A DNA stretch of 64,000 nt from an uncultured Pseudomonadota bacterium (GCA_963847705.1 CAWKBC010000014.1:64001-128000), one strand, 5' to 3'; positions 41,235 through 51,067 are shown, counted from the first letter of the stretch. A program made the numbers and translations. Notes: generated from the sequence alone by a model not told the origin.

Positions 41235-41732
41235 ATGCCGCTCACGCCGTCGAGGTTCGCGCTCTGGGGTCGAATGACGTTGCCGCTGCTGGTCGCCGCC
41301 GTTTTCTTTGGGCCGTCGATCGCGGCCTTTGCCACCGCGCGTCCGGTTGTGGCGCTGGGGGTGGCGGCGCCGCCGCCGATCCCCGTGATAGGGGTGCACC
41401 CGTTCCTCAGCCTGGATTACCGCTCCTGCACGGGCGAGTCCCCGCTGCACGTCGGACCGACCCATCGGACGAGCTCGCTCTCCGACGAGGCGTCGCTGCG
41501 CACCCGGATGAACGAGGCGGCCGCGGAATGTGTCAATCCCTCGTCGGGATACCTCGTTCTTTCGGTCACCGTCGACAGGGCCGCCCGGATCACGGACGTG
41601 ACCGCGGACGCCGGCGCCGACCAGCGTCTCGCGCGCTGTGCGACGACGTTCATGCGGCGCAGCCACCGGCTCGAAACCCGCGGCCCCGGGACGCTCGAGA
41701 TCGGCTACTTCATGGGGGGAGAACGCACGTAA
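41235..41732 (+). CDS. Hypothetical exported protein, TonB-C/AgmX-like C-terminus
   Basis: TM or signal segment, then AAECV..GYLVLSVTVD..ARCA pattern. Confidence 0.45.
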   Translation: MPLTPSRFALWGRMTLPLLVAAVFFGPSIAAFATARPVVALGVAAPPPIPVIGVHPFLSLDYRSCTGESPLHVGPTHRTSSLSDEASLRTRMNEAAAECVNPSSGYLVLSVTVDRAARITDVTADAGADQRLARCATTFMRRSHRLETRGPGTLEIGYFMGGERT

Positions 41733-41831
41733 CCGTCCGTTTTTATGTAGGCTTTGGTGCCGGGCTGGACCCGAGGGCTGCGGCCGCGCGATTTCTTGCC
41801 CTGACCTGAACGGGTGGATAGTATCGGGTCC

Positions 41832-43352
41832 ATGGACCTGTCGCTGACGGCGGTTGCGATCGTCACGCTGATTGGCGGCGGCGCGCTGGCGGGACTGGCC
41901 TGGATGCTGGCCAGCGCGCGGGCTCAGACCCGAGCGGAGCGGGCGCTGCGCGAGGCGGAGACGCGCGCCAGCGCAGCGACGGCACGCGCCGAGACGCTCG
42001 CCGATCAGGCGCGCCAGGCCGAGGGGCGGGCCAACGGGCTCGAGGCGGCGTTGCGAGGGGTGGAGAGCCAGCGCGCGATGGAGGCCGCACGCGCGGAAGC
42101 CCTGGCGCGCAGCCTCGAGGAACAGCGCGCGCTGCTCGACGCGGCCAAGACGCAGCTCGGCGACACGTTTCAGGCGATGGCCGGGGAAGCTCTGCGCGCG
42201 AGCCAGAAGGATTTTCTGGCGCTCGCCAGCGAGAAGTTTGGCGCGGTTCGTAAGGAGACCTCAGCCGAGCTGGAGACGCGCCAGCTCGCCCAGCAGAAGG
42301 CGATCGAGGGAATGGTGGGGCCCGTCCGGGAATCGCTCGAGAAGATGGACGCGCAGGTGCGGGCGATGGAGCTGGAGCGCGGGACGGCCTACGGCGCCAT
42401 CCGCGAGCAGATGCAGACCATCTCGGCGACCCAGGAGAAGCTGCGCGACGCGACCGGGAGCCTGGTGACCGCGCTGCGGGCGCCGGCCGTGCGCGGGCGC
42501 TGGGGGGAGATCCAGCTGCGCCGGGTCGTGGAGCTGGCCGGCATGCTGGAGCACTGCGACTTCGAGGAGCAGGTGACCGCCGTCGGTGAGGAGGGGCGCG
42601 TTCGCCCCGACATGGTCGTGCGGCTCCCCGGCGGTCGCAACATCGTGGTCGACGCCAAGGCGCCACTCGGCGCCTATCTCGAGGCGCTCGAGGCGAAGGA
42701 CGAGGAGACCAAGAGCGCCAAGCTCCGGCAGCACGCCGCGCAGGTGCAGGCGCACATTCGCAAGCTGGCGGCCAAGAGCTACTGGGAAGGGTTCGTCGGC
42801 TCGACGGAGTTCGTGGTGATGTTCCTGCCCGGCGACTCCTTTTACAGCGTCGCGCTGGAGCAGATGCCGGGCCTGATCGAAGAGGGGGTCGCGCAGAAGG
42901 TGCTGCTGGCAACGCCGACCACGCTGCTCGGTCTGCTGCTCACCACGAGCTGCGGATGGCGCGAGGAACGCCTGGCCGAGAATGCGCAGCGGATCAGCGA
43001 CGAGGGGCGCGCGCTGCACCACCGGATCGCCACGGTGCTGGAGTACTTCGCCAACCTGGGCAGCTCCCTCAACCAGTCGGTCAAGCACTTCAACCAGGCA
43101 CTCGTCTCCTTCAACGGCCGGGTGACCGTGTCGGCCCGGCGGCTCGAGGAGCTCGACGCGCGCGGAAGAAAAGAGCTGGTGGAGATCGACGAGATTGACG
43201 TCCGCGCGGCGTCGGCGAAGCCGCTGGACCGAACGGGCGAGCGAACGGGCGAGCGGCCGACCGACCGAACGGGCGAGCGAGCCGAGCGCGCGCACGCGCT
43301 GCCGCAGACGTCCCTGGCGCTGGCGCTGGCGCCGAGCAACGACGGGACGTAG
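41832..43352 (+). CDS. rmuC: DNA recombination protein RmuC
   Basis: N-terminal TM, coiled coil, RGRWGEIQL, RPDMVVRLP, VDAK, VMFLPG, ATPTTL. Confidence 0.92.
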   Translation: MDLSLTAVAIVTLIGGGALAGLAWMLASARAQTRAERALREAETRASAATARAETLADQARQAEGRANGLEAALRGVESQRAMEAARAEALARSLEEQRALLDAAKTQLGDTFQAMAGEALRASQKDFLALASEKFGAVRKETSAELETRQLAQQKAIEGMVGPVRESLEKMDAQVRAMELERGTAYGAIREQMQTISATQEKLRDATGSLVTALRAPAVRGRWGEIQLRRVVELAGMLEHCDFEEQVTAVGEEGRVRPDMVVRLPGGRNIVVDAKAPLGAYLEALEAKDEETKSAKLRQHAAQVQAHIRKLAAKSYWEGFVGSTEFVVMFLPGDSFYSVALEQMPGLIEEGVAQKVLLATPTTLLGLLLTTSCGWREERLAENAQRISDEGRALHHRIATVLEYFANLGSSLNQSVKHFNQALVSFNGRVTVSARRLEELDARGRKELVEIDEIDVRAASAKPLDRTGERTGERPTDRTGERAERAHALPQTSLALALAPSNDGT

Positions 43353-43362
43353 CGACCTCGAG

Positions 43363-44004
43363 ATGGACTTCGTCGAGCCAGCGCGCGCGTTCACGCTGGA
43401 GCTGGTCGGTGGGCGCGGTCACTACGAACGGGTCGTCCGCGCGGCGATGGAGGCGAAGCGCAGCGTCTGGATCGCCACCGCCAACCTCAAAGAGCTGATG
43501 GTCGAAGATCACCGCGCCGCCCCGGGCCGCAGGCGCACGCTGCGGACCGGCGGACGCGCCGACCGAGCCGCTTACCGCTCGATCCTGGACGTGTTCGACG
43601 AGCTGGCCGGCCGCGGAATCGAGCTGCGGATTCTGCACGCCGGGCCGCCGTCGCGGGCCTTTCGCGAAGCGCTCGCCCGCAGCCCGCGGCTGGGCCGCAC
43701 GCTGGCGCTGCGTGCCTGCCCGCGCGTCCACTTCAAGACGGTGATCGTCGACGGCGCGTTCGTCTACGTCGGCAGCGCCAACTGGACCGGCGCCGGCCTC
43801 GGCGCCAAGGGGGCGGGCCGCCGCAACTTCGAGCTCGGGTTCGCAGGCTCGGACGACGGCCTCCTCGACCGGGCGCAGGAGATGCTCGACCACATCTGGC
43901 GCGGCGCCGCCTGCCGTGGCTGCAAGCTGCGTGAGGTCTGCCCGGCCCCGCTGGATGGCGCCAAATCGCCGCCCTCCAGACGTTCCCCCCGCGCTTCGCG
44001 GTAA
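43363..44004 (+). CDS. Single-HKD phospholipase D/nuclease-like protein with C-terminal CxxCx5C
   Basis: HFKTVIVD...GSANWT; CRGCKLREVC. Confidence 0.85.
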   Translation: MDFVEPARAFTLELVGGRGHYERVVRAAMEAKRSVWIATANLKELMVEDHRAAPGRRRTLRTGGRADRAAYRSILDVFDELAGRGIELRILHAGPPSRAFREALARSPRLGRTLALRACPRVHFKTVIVDGAFVYVGSANWTGAGLGAKGAGRRNFELGFAGSDDGLLDRAQEMLDHIWRGAACRGCKLREVCPAPLDGAKSPPSRRSPRASR

Positions 44005-44048
44005 ACTCCGGTCTTGCGGCCGAGATCGCCATGCTTAGCTTCCAAGCC

Positions 44049-44462
44049 GTGGCATTGCAGCGAGCGGACAACGAGGAGCGGGAGGGGATCGTTGGGCTGA
44101 TCCGGGAGACGGTCGACGGCCTCCGCGACCTCATCGCCGATCACATCAAGCTGGCACGGCTCGAGCTGGTGGCTGACGCCAAGACCTACGGGCGCAGCGT
44201 CGCCGTGCTGGTGGTGGCCGGGCTCGTGCTGGCCATCGGCTACGTCTTCGGCTTGATCGCGGCAGCGCTGGGCCTGGCGCGGCTCTGGGGGGCGCCGCTG
44301 GCGTTCGGCGCCGTGGCGGCGCTACACCTGATCATCGGCGGGATCGCCGTCGTCTGGGCGGTGGGGAAGATGAAGCGCACCCGGCCCATGCACGACACGG
44401 TCACGGAGGCCAAGGGCAGCATCAACGCGCTGGCGCGTCCGCTGCAAGGGCGGGTCTCGTGA
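44049..44462 (+). CDS. YqjE-like (phage holin superfamily III) membrane protein
   Basis: LIADHIKLARLEL plus two TM helices; start GTG 44049 or ATG 44031. Confidence 0.75.
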   Translation: MALQRADNEEREGIVGLIRETVDGLRDLIADHIKLARLELVADAKTYGRSVAVLVVAGLVLAIGYVFGLIAAALGLARLWGAPLAFGAVAALHLIIGGIAVVWAVGKMKRTRPMHDTVTEAKGSINALARPLQGRVS

Positions 44463-44704
44463 ACGGTCGCGAGCTGGTCGAAAAGGGCGGCGACGGTCGC
44501 ACCTCGAACGGCAGCGACGATGACGCTCTGGCGCGTGCCGAATCCGATGTGGAGCGGGCACGCGAGCGGGTGGCCTCGTCGATGCTGGCCCTGCGCGACG
44601 AGGTGGCTCGCAAGACGGACTGGCGAAGCTGGGTGCGGCGCCAACCGGCCCCGTTTCTAGGCGCTGCCCTCGCGCTGGGGTTCTGGCTGGGATACCGGCG
44701 CTAG
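44459..44704 (+). CDS. DUF3618/YqjK-like small protein
   Basis: DVERARERVA..L, P..FLGAALALGFWLG. Confidence 0.6.
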   Translation: MNGRELVEKGGDGRTSNGSDDDALARAESDVERARERVASSMLALRDEVARKTDWRSWVRRQPAPFLGAALALGFWLGYRR

Positions 44705-44742
44705 CGAAGGCGCGCCCAAAAAACTGAACGCGGAGGACAACC

Positions 44743-44940
44743 ATGGAAATCGCTGAGCAGATCGAATCGACCGTGCGCGACGTCGGCGCCCGGGTGCGCC
44801 CACAGCTGGACGACGCCAAGCGGCGCCTCACCTCGCTGAACGGCGACGTCACCGGGTACATCAAGGCAAACCCTGGGCGGTGCCTGATCGGCGCCCTCGC
44901 GATCGGGTTCCTGGTCGGCAAGATCGCCCGCCGGGCCTGA
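44743..44940 (+). CDS. ElaB/YqjD (DUF883)-like tail-anchored protein
   Basis: YIKANPGRCLIGALAIGFLVGKIARR; GGAGG RBS. Confidence 0.7.
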   Translation: MEIAEQIESTVRDVGARVRPQLDDAKRRLTSLNGDVTGYIKANPGRCLIGALAIGFLVGKIARRA

Positions 44941-44947
44941 GTCGAGG

Positions 44948-45355
44948 ATGAACCAAAGAAGGATGGTCGCCATGGAAACCCCAGAACAGACCCAGAGCAA
45001 CGGTCACCGCAACGACGTCAGCTGGGTGAACGAATCGGCCCACAAGGCCTGGGATCGCACCCGCGGCGCGGTCTCCGAGCTGAAGCGCGCGGCAGCCATC
45101 GAGGAGCGCGTGAACCGCAACCCCTACGGGTCGATCGCGGCGGCGCTGGGGATCGGGTACGTGCTGGGGGGCGGGATCTTCACGCCGCTCACCTCTCGAA
45201 TCGTCGCCCTGGGGCTGCGGATCGGCATCCGGCTGGCTGTGCTCCCCATGTTGAAGGACGAAATTTCTGTACTCGCCGACACGCTCGCCGGCGAGGGCGG
45301 CGAAACCAAGGGGCGGCGTGGCGGAAAGGCCGCGAAGCCGAGCGGCGAGCGTTAA
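44948..45355 (+). CDS. Hypothetical membrane protein (DUF883-like NPY motif)
   Basis: VNRNPYGSIAAALGIGYVLGGG. Confidence 0.65.
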   Translation: MNQRRMVAMETPEQTQSNGHRNDVSWVNESAHKAWDRTRGAVSELKRAAAIEERVNRNPYGSIAAALGIGYVLGGGIFTPLTSRIVALGLRIGIRLAVLPMLKDEISVLADTLAGEGGETKGRRGGKAAKPSGER

Positions 45356-45371
45356 CCTCAGGAGGAGACCA

Positions 45372-45653
45372 ATGAATTTCAAAGATCTGCGCAATCTGGA
45401 CAAGGACGACCTGCTGGGGCTGATGGGCCTCGAGACCAAGCACTCCACCGCCGGCTACCTGGCCGGGACGCTGGGAACCTTCGGCGTCGGGCTGCTGGTC
45501 GGCGCGGGGATCGCGCTGCTCCTGGCCCCGAAACCGGGCAACGAGCTGCGCGAGGACATTCGCGAGAAGCTCCGCCGCTCGCCATCGGACGAGTCGATTC
45601 CGTCCGCGCTCGGTCAGAACGAGACCCTGGGCGGCATCGGCAAGACCTACTGA
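45372..45653 (+). CDS. YtxH domain protein
   Basis: GLLVGAGIALLLAPKPGNELREDI; AGGAGGAG RBS. Confidence 0.85.
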   Translation: MNFKDLRNLDKDDLLGLMGLETKHSTAGYLAGTLGTFGVGLLVGAGIALLLAPKPGNELREDIREKLRRSPSDESIPSALGQNETLGGIGKTY

Positions 45654-45681
45654 CCAGAATCCGCCTTCGGCTTTGCCGCAT

Positions 45682-45714
45682 GGGGTGGGCCCGCAGGACG
45701 GGCCCGCCCCTCTT
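45682..45714 (+). terminator. GC-rich hairpin, possible terminator
   Basis: ggggtgggcccg-cagga-cgggcccgcccc then tctt; weak U tract. Confidence 0.4.
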
Positions 45715-45774
45715 GCGTATGTGAAAATGGACGGGCCCCCTCGGGGGTCTGATACTGGTCCGGCGGGAGCTCCG

Positions 45775-46092
45775 ATGCGCCGGGAGACCAAGACATGGGC
45801 GGGCCGACTGACCGCCGCGGCGGTCGTCTCGTTCGTGCTCGCCTACGTCCCGTACCATCTGTACGCGCGGTCCGGGCTGGCCAAGACCATCGCGCTCGGC
45901 CGCGACCTGGCCTCGATGCGCGCCCGCAACCACGAGCTGGCGGCCGAGAATGACCGGCTCGAACGTGAGGCCCGGGCGCTGCGCGACGATCCGGCGGCGA
46001 TCGAGCGGGTGGCGCGGGCCGATCTCGGCTGGGTGCGCCCGGGGGAGATCGTCGTCGACCTGGGCAAGCCGTCGGCAGAGCGGTCCCCATGA
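45775..46092 (+). CDS. ftsB: Septum formation initiator FtsB/DivIC
   Basis: TM, coiled coil, IERVARADLGWVRPGE. Confidence 0.85.
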   Translation: MRRETKTWAGRLTAAAVVSFVLAYVPYHLYARSGLAKTIALGRDLASMRARNHELAAENDRLEREARALRDDPAAIERVARADLGWVRPGEIVVDLGKPSAERSP

Positions 46093-48266
46093 AGCCTCCC
46101 CTTTCTGAACGGATCGGCTACCAGACGGGGCGGTTCGTCCGCGCGGTGCTGGCGTTCGCCGTCTGCGGCGCGTTCCTGGCGCTGTTCTGGCGCGGCTGGT
46201 TCCCCGATCTGCACCTGCCGGGGGCCGATCTGCGCCGGGTGGCCGCGGCGGCGGTGCTGACCGCCCTCCTGGCCTTCAAGATCCTGGCGCGCGTGCGCAC
46301 CTCCGAGCGGCGCCGCACCCCTCGCCGGGAGGCGATCTCCGACGCGGAGCTGGGGCTGCTGCTGCTGACGACCGTCTACCTCCTGCTGGCGTTCTCGGGC
46401 GGCGTCACCTCGGCGATCTATCCGCTCGTCTACGCGGTGGTCAGCTTCCTGGTCACCTTCCACCGGCTGTGGGTCGGGCTGCCCCTGGCCGCGGCGGCGG
46501 TCGGATTCGAGGCGGTGCTCTCGTTCGGTCCCAGCGCCTCGCCCGAGGCGGCGGCGGCCTTCCCGGGGCACGTGGTCTTCATCGCGGTGTTCGCGCTCTT
46601 GAACGTGGTCTTTCTGCACGCCGAGGTGGCGCGCCAGCGGCGCGAGCGCCGGCGGCGCCTCGAGGGGGAGGTGGAGGCGATGCGCGAAGAGGCGCGCGAC
46701 TTCCGCCTCATCACCACGGCGCTGTCGTCGGAGAACCGCGTGCGCAGCCGCGCCGAGGAGCAGGAGAAGCTGTCGCAGGGGTCGATCCAGACGATCCACC
46801 AGCAGCTCTACTACAACCTGGCGCTGCTGCGCTCGGCGTTGCAGCTGCAGACCTGCGCCCTCCTGTGGCTCGACGAATCGGGCGAGCGGCTGAAGGTGAA
46901 GGAGCTGGCCAGCGACTCGCCCCACATCGCCGAGGGGGGCATCGCCGCGGGCGGCGGCGTGCTGGGCGCCATCTTGAAGGAGCTGCACCCCTTCGCGCTG
47001 GAGGCGCCACGTCTCTCGCTGCTCCCCTATTACGGCGGGCCGGCGACCGTGGGCGCGTTCGTCGGCGTGCCGGTGGTCGAGGGGCGCGCCCCGCGCGGGA
47101 TCCTGGTCGGCGATCGGGCCGGCGAGCACAAGTTCGACGACGCGGCCGTGGCGCTCATGGCCAGCGCCGCCGAGCAGGTGGTGCGGGTCGTCCAATCGGA
47201 GCGGGTCTTCCAGGCGGTCGAGCGCTCCAAGCACGAGCACGAGCGCTTCTACCGCGCCTCCGCCGAGCTGAACCGCGCGCTCACCATGGACGAGGTCTAC
47301 GCCGCGGCCATCGCCGGCGCGCGCGGCGTCTGCGAGTTCGACTTCGCGGCGGTCGCCACCTTCGACGCCCGCCGCGGCAGCCACACCATCCGCTGCGTCG
47401 TCGGCGAGGCGGCCGAGCACCTGCTCGGCACCACGCACAAGGACCCCTCGTCGATCGCCTCGATGGCGGCCAAGAACAAGCTGGCGCTGCCGGCGGGGGG
47501 CGAGTGGCGCGAGCGCGACGTGCCGGTCTTCTCGCACCCGATGCGGATCAAGGATTACGAGTCGCTGCTGGTGCTGCCGCTGCTGGTGAAGGACGAGGTG
47601 ATCGGCACCTTCACCGTCGCGGCGCAGCGGCCGGGCGCCTTCCCCACCGACAAGCGCGAGATGCTGGGGGTCATCGCCAACCAGGTCGCCATCTCGATGG
47701 CCAACGCCCGCATGTACGAGGTGGTCGAGGAGCAGGCCACCACCGACGGGCTCACCGGCCTGGTCAACCACCGGACGTTCCAGGAGCGGTTCTCGAACAT
47801 GCTGGGGCGCGCCGAGCGCCGCAGCTTCGCCGTCTCGCTGCTGCTGACCGACATCGATCACTTCAAGAAGGTGAACGACACCTACGGCCATCCGACGGGC
47901 GACGAGGTGCTGCGGCGGGTGGCGGCCATTCTCAAGGCGAGCGCGCGCAAGATCGACATCGTGGCCCGTTACGGCGGCGAGGAGTTCGCCATCGTCCTCG
48001 AAGGAACCGATCGGCAGGGTGCGTTTCAGCTGGCCGAGAGGATTCGCCAGGAGGTCGAGCAGCAGAGCTTCGCCTCGCAGCAGGGGGCCTTCCAGGCGAC
48101 GCTGTCGATCGGCGTGGCCAGCTACCCCGACGACGCCCGCGAGAAGGCCGACATCATCGCCCGCGCCGACCAGTCGCTCTACGCCGCCAAGCACGGCGGC
48201 CGCAACCGCACGGTCTGTTTCGCCGAAATCGAGCGCGCCCGGCCGAAACTGGCGGCGGCGAAGTAA
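46089..48266 (+). CDS. Membrane-GAF-GAF-GGDEF diguanylate cyclase (DmxA-like)
   Basis: Multi-TM N-terminus, two GAF domains, DIDHFKKVNDTYGH, RKID I-site, GGEEF; overlaps ftsB. Confidence 0.9.
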   Translation: MKPPLSERIGYQTGRFVRAVLAFAVCGAFLALFWRGWFPDLHLPGADLRRVAAAAVLTALLAFKILARVRTSERRRTPRREAISDAELGLLLLTTVYLLLAFSGGVTSAIYPLVYAVVSFLVTFHRLWVGLPLAAAAVGFEAVLSFGPSASPEAAAAFPGHVVFIAVFALLNVVFLHAEVARQRRERRRRLEGEVEAMREEARDFRLITTALSSENRVRSRAEEQEKLSQGSIQTIHQQLYYNLALLRSALQLQTCALLWLDESGERLKVKELASDSPHIAEGGIAAGGGVLGAILKELHPFALEAPRLSLLPYYGGPATVGAFVGVPVVEGRAPRGILVGDRAGEHKFDDAAVALMASAAEQVVRVVQSERVFQAVERSKHEHERFYRASAELNRALTMDEVYAAAIAGARGVCEFDFAAVATFDARRGSHTIRCVVGEAAEHLLGTTHKDPSSIASMAAKNKLALPAGGEWRERDVPVFSHPMRIKDYESLLVLPLLVKDEVIGTFTVAAQRPGAFPTDKREMLGVIANQVAISMANARMYEVVEEQATTDGLTGLVNHRTFQERFSNMLGRAERRSFAVSLLLTDIDHFKKVNDTYGHPTGDEVLRRVAAILKASARKIDIVARYGGEEFAIVLEGTDRQGAFQLAERIRQEVEQQSFASQQGAFQATLSIGVASYPDDAREKADIIARADQSLYAAKHGGRNRTVCFAEIERARPKLAAAK

Positions 48267-48373
48267 CGTCCCGCATCCAAGAACCTAGAATCTTACGTCT
48301 CCCCCTTTGCGTTGGGGTTCCGCGTGCCTACGGTTGCAGGACCACTTTTTCAGTCATTCCCCGAGGCCATACC

Positions 48374-49537
48374 TTGATCACCCGAGGGCGTCCGGCGCGC
48401 CGAGAAAACACACAACCGGTCTCCTCGCTGAAGGAGAGGGATGAGCGCTTTCGCGTTCTGGTCGAGAGCATCCGCGACTACGCGGTGTTCATGCTCGACC
48501 GCGACGGGCGGGTGGCCAGCTGGAACACCGGGGCGGCCCTGATCAAGGGGTATCAACGGGAGGAGATCGTCGGCAAGCCGATCGACCTCTTCTACACGCG
48601 GGAGGACCGGGAGAACGGACGTCCGGCCAGGCTGCTGGCCCAGGCGGCCGACGAGGGGCGCATCGAGGACGAGGGGTGGCGCGTCCGCAAGGACGGAACC
48701 CGATTCTGGGCCGACGTGGTCATCACCGCGCTGCGGAACCCGGCCGGCGCGCTGATCGGATACGCCAAGGTGACGCGCGATCTGACCCAGCGCCAGCTGG
48801 CAGAAGAAGAGCGGCGGCGGCTCGACGCAGACCGGATCCGCGCGGAGGAGGCCCTGCGCATCCGCGACGAGTTTCTCTCCGTCGCCTCGCACGAGCTCAA
48901 GACGCCGCTCACGGCCCTGCAGCTCGAGCTCTTCGGGATGCGGGCACCGATCGAGAAGACCGGGGACGATCGGCTGGGACGAAAGTTGGCGCGCGCCGCG
49001 CGCAGCGCCGACCGACTGTCGCGGCTCATCGAGATGCTGATGGACGTGTCACGGATCGCCAGCGGTCGGCTCACGCTCAACCTCGAGCCGTTCGATCTCC
49101 GGGAGGCGATGCAGCAGGTCGTCGAGACGATGCGGGGGACGGCGGTTCGGGCGGGCTGCGACCTCTCGTTCCATCCCTCACCGGACGGCGGGCCAATCGT
49201 GGGGACCTGGGACCGTCTCCGGGTCGAGCAGGTGGTGATGAACCTGCTGTCGAACGCCTTCAAGTACGGCAGTGGCCGGCCCGTCACGCTCTCCCTCGCC
49301 CGCGACGGGGACCAGGCGACCATGGAGATCCGCGACCACGGTCCGGGAATCCCGGAGGGAGATCTCGAACGGATCTTCGAACGGTTCGAGCGCGCCACGG
49401 CTTTCAGCGACCACGGCGGCCTGGGGCTCGGTCTCTACGTCTCGCGTGAGATCGTTCGCGCTCAGGGGGGCTCGATCGTCGCACGCACGCATCCCGAGGG
49501 CGGCGCCTGTTTCACCGTCCGCCTTCCACTCGCCTGA
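48374..49537 (+). CDS. PAS-domain sensor histidine kinase
   Basis: PAS/PAC WRVRKDGTRFWA, SHELKTPL, NLLSNAFKY, GLGLGL; start uncertain. Confidence 0.88.
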   Translation: MITRGRPARRENTQPVSSLKERDERFRVLVESIRDYAVFMLDRDGRVASWNTGAALIKGYQREEIVGKPIDLFYTREDRENGRPARLLAQAADEGRIEDEGWRVRKDGTRFWADVVITALRNPAGALIGYAKVTRDLTQRQLAEEERRRLDADRIRAEEALRIRDEFLSVASHELKTPLTALQLELFGMRAPIEKTGDDRLGRKLARAARSADRLSRLIEMLMDVSRIASGRLTLNLEPFDLREAMQQVVETMRGTAVRAGCDLSFHPSPDGGPIVGTWDRLRVEQVVMNLLSNAFKYGSGRPVTLSLARDGDQATMEIRDHGPGIPEGDLERIFERFERATAFSDHGGLGLGLYVSREIVRAQGGSIVARTHPEGGACFTVRLPLA

Positions 49538-49560
49538 TTCGCGCACACCGGGATTCCTCG

Positions 49561-50424
49561 TCAGCCGACCAGCGACGGAAGGATCTCGTCGATCGGGGTG
49601 GTGACCCGGACGGTGCGGTCGCCCTTCGGTGCGATCAGGCCAGCGGAGAAGCCGGCGTACATCTCGGCGAACGCCTCGGCGACGTCGGGCGGCACGCCCG
49701 CCTGCTGCAGCGCCGCGACGTGGCCCGCGGCCGGGATGTCGACGACCGGCAGCGCCTTGCCGAGAAGCTTGCCCAATTTCTCGGCGATCTGGCGCGACGA
49801 GTAGGCCGGTCCCACCAGATCGACGACCTCGCTGCGCTCGGGCGGCGACTTCAGCACCTCGGCGATGGCGTGGCCGACGTCCTGCGTGGCCACCTGGGGC
49901 GCGGGGATGTCGGCCGTCGGCAGGAAATTGGGAAAAATCCCCGCGTTCTTCGCCGCCGAGACGGCGCCGGCGACGTTCTCCTGGAAGCTGCCGGCGCGGA
50001 CCGCGACCAGCTTCGTGCCGGTCTCACGGAACTTGTTCTCGGCGTAGTGCAGGCTCTTGATCGGGCCGTTCTTGTCGGCCCGGTCGGCGCCGACCGAGGA
50101 GAGCATCACCACCAGCGGCACGCCGCCCTGCTTGATGCCGGCAGCCAGCGCATCGGCGCTCTTGCGCTGAGCGCTGTAGATGTCTCCGGTCGCATAGTGC
50201 GGCGGGATCAACGTGAAGAACCCGTCGGCGCCCTTCACCGTCGAAGCCACGAACCCGGCGTCGTCGAGTGAGCCGACCGCGACCTTGGCGCCGCGCGCCG
50301 ACCACTCGGCCCCTTTTTTCGCCTCCCGCACGATGACGGTGACCGAATCCCCCGCGGCGAGCAGATCGCGCGCGACGACCGAACCGACGTGCCCCGTCAC
50401 CCCAGCAACCACGAACTTCGACAT
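49561..50424 (-). CDS. NmrA family NAD(P)-binding protein
   Basis: VVAGVTGHVG, MLSSVGA, VATQDVG; AAGAGGAGG RBS. Confidence 0.85.
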   Translation of the reverse strand: MSKFVVAGVTGHVGSVVARDLLAAGDSVTVIVREAKKGAEWSARGAKVAVGSLDDAGFVASTVKGADGFFTLIPPHYATGDIYSAQRKSADALAAGIKQGGVPLVVMLSSVGADRADKNGPIKSLHYAENKFRETGTKLVAVRAGSFQENVAGAVSAAKNAGIFPNFLPTADIPAPQVATQDVGHAIAEVLKSPPERSEVVDLVGPAYSSRQIAEKLGKLLGKALPVVDIPAAGHVAALQQAGVPPDVAEAFAEMYAGFSAGLIAPKGDRTVRVTTPIDEILPSLVG

Positions 50425-50613
50425 TGGCGCCTCCTCTTTTGTTAGCAATCTTGAGGTTCAAGATGCAGGGCGCCATGCCCGCGTTTCAACCAGTGTCGGA
50501 AATTCGTCGCCTGGAGCGCAGGCCGGCTTGCGGCCCGGAGAACGATGCCGCCCCGGGAATGGCGAGCGGGGCCACTCATCGCGGGAGGTTCGGGGCCCTT
50601 CCAGGGTTCCGAG

Positions 50614-50979
50614 CTACTTGCCCGGCGACTTCACCTTCACGTCGTTGGTCGTCTCGGGGACCAGCTTGCCGTCGTCGGTGGGGCGAAAGCGGATCTCGGT
50701 CTTGACCTCGATCACCAGCTTGGCGAGCGCCTTGCCCAGCTCCTCGTGAAGGTTGAGGTGCTCCAGCCAGTTGCGCATCTCGCCGGCCGCCACGCGCATG
50801 ATGTCGTCCTTCGACCGGCTGGCCGCGCCGACGCCGGCCGAGACGGCGCGGCGCACGAAGTCGGTGATGCCGGTGCGATCCTCCGCGCGGCCGGTGGGAT
50901 CGTCCTCTCCCAGCGGCTCCGGCGCGCCCTCTTCGTCCCTGGCCCCGCCGTCGCCCTTCTTGTTCCCGTCCTCGCTCAT
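50614..50979 (-). CDS. Hypothetical protein (phasin-like helix)
   Basis: DFVRRAVSAGVGAA; codon bias. Confidence 0.6.
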   Translation of the reverse strand: MSEDGNKKGDGGARDEEGAPEPLGEDDPTGRAEDRTGITDFVRRAVSAGVGAASRSKDDIMRVAAGEMRNWLEHLNLHEELGKALAKLVIEVKTEIRFRPTDDGKLVPETTNDVKVKSPGK

Positions 50980-51067
50980 CGCGACGAGGTTACCGCGAAA
51001 GAGGTCGAATCGTGTGACCGGCGGTCGCCGGGGTCTTCGAATGGGGCTGGAAGGGTATGATGCCAAC

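Noticed and set aside
43227-43290. Short repeats at the rmuC 3' end (RTGE)
   Set aside because: Low-complexity slippage in a disordered tail.
44049-44462. Holin-like gene as evidence of a prophage
   Set aside because: YqjE-type cellular family in a stress-gene cluster; no phage genes nearby.
46469-48373. 1022-aa ORF as a single large kinase
   Set aside because: The N-terminal part is a shadow frame over the diguanylate cyclase; the kinase begins near 48374.
50462-50483. Possible sigma-54 box upstream of the NmrA gene
   Set aside because: GG to GC spacing is off by one from the required N10.
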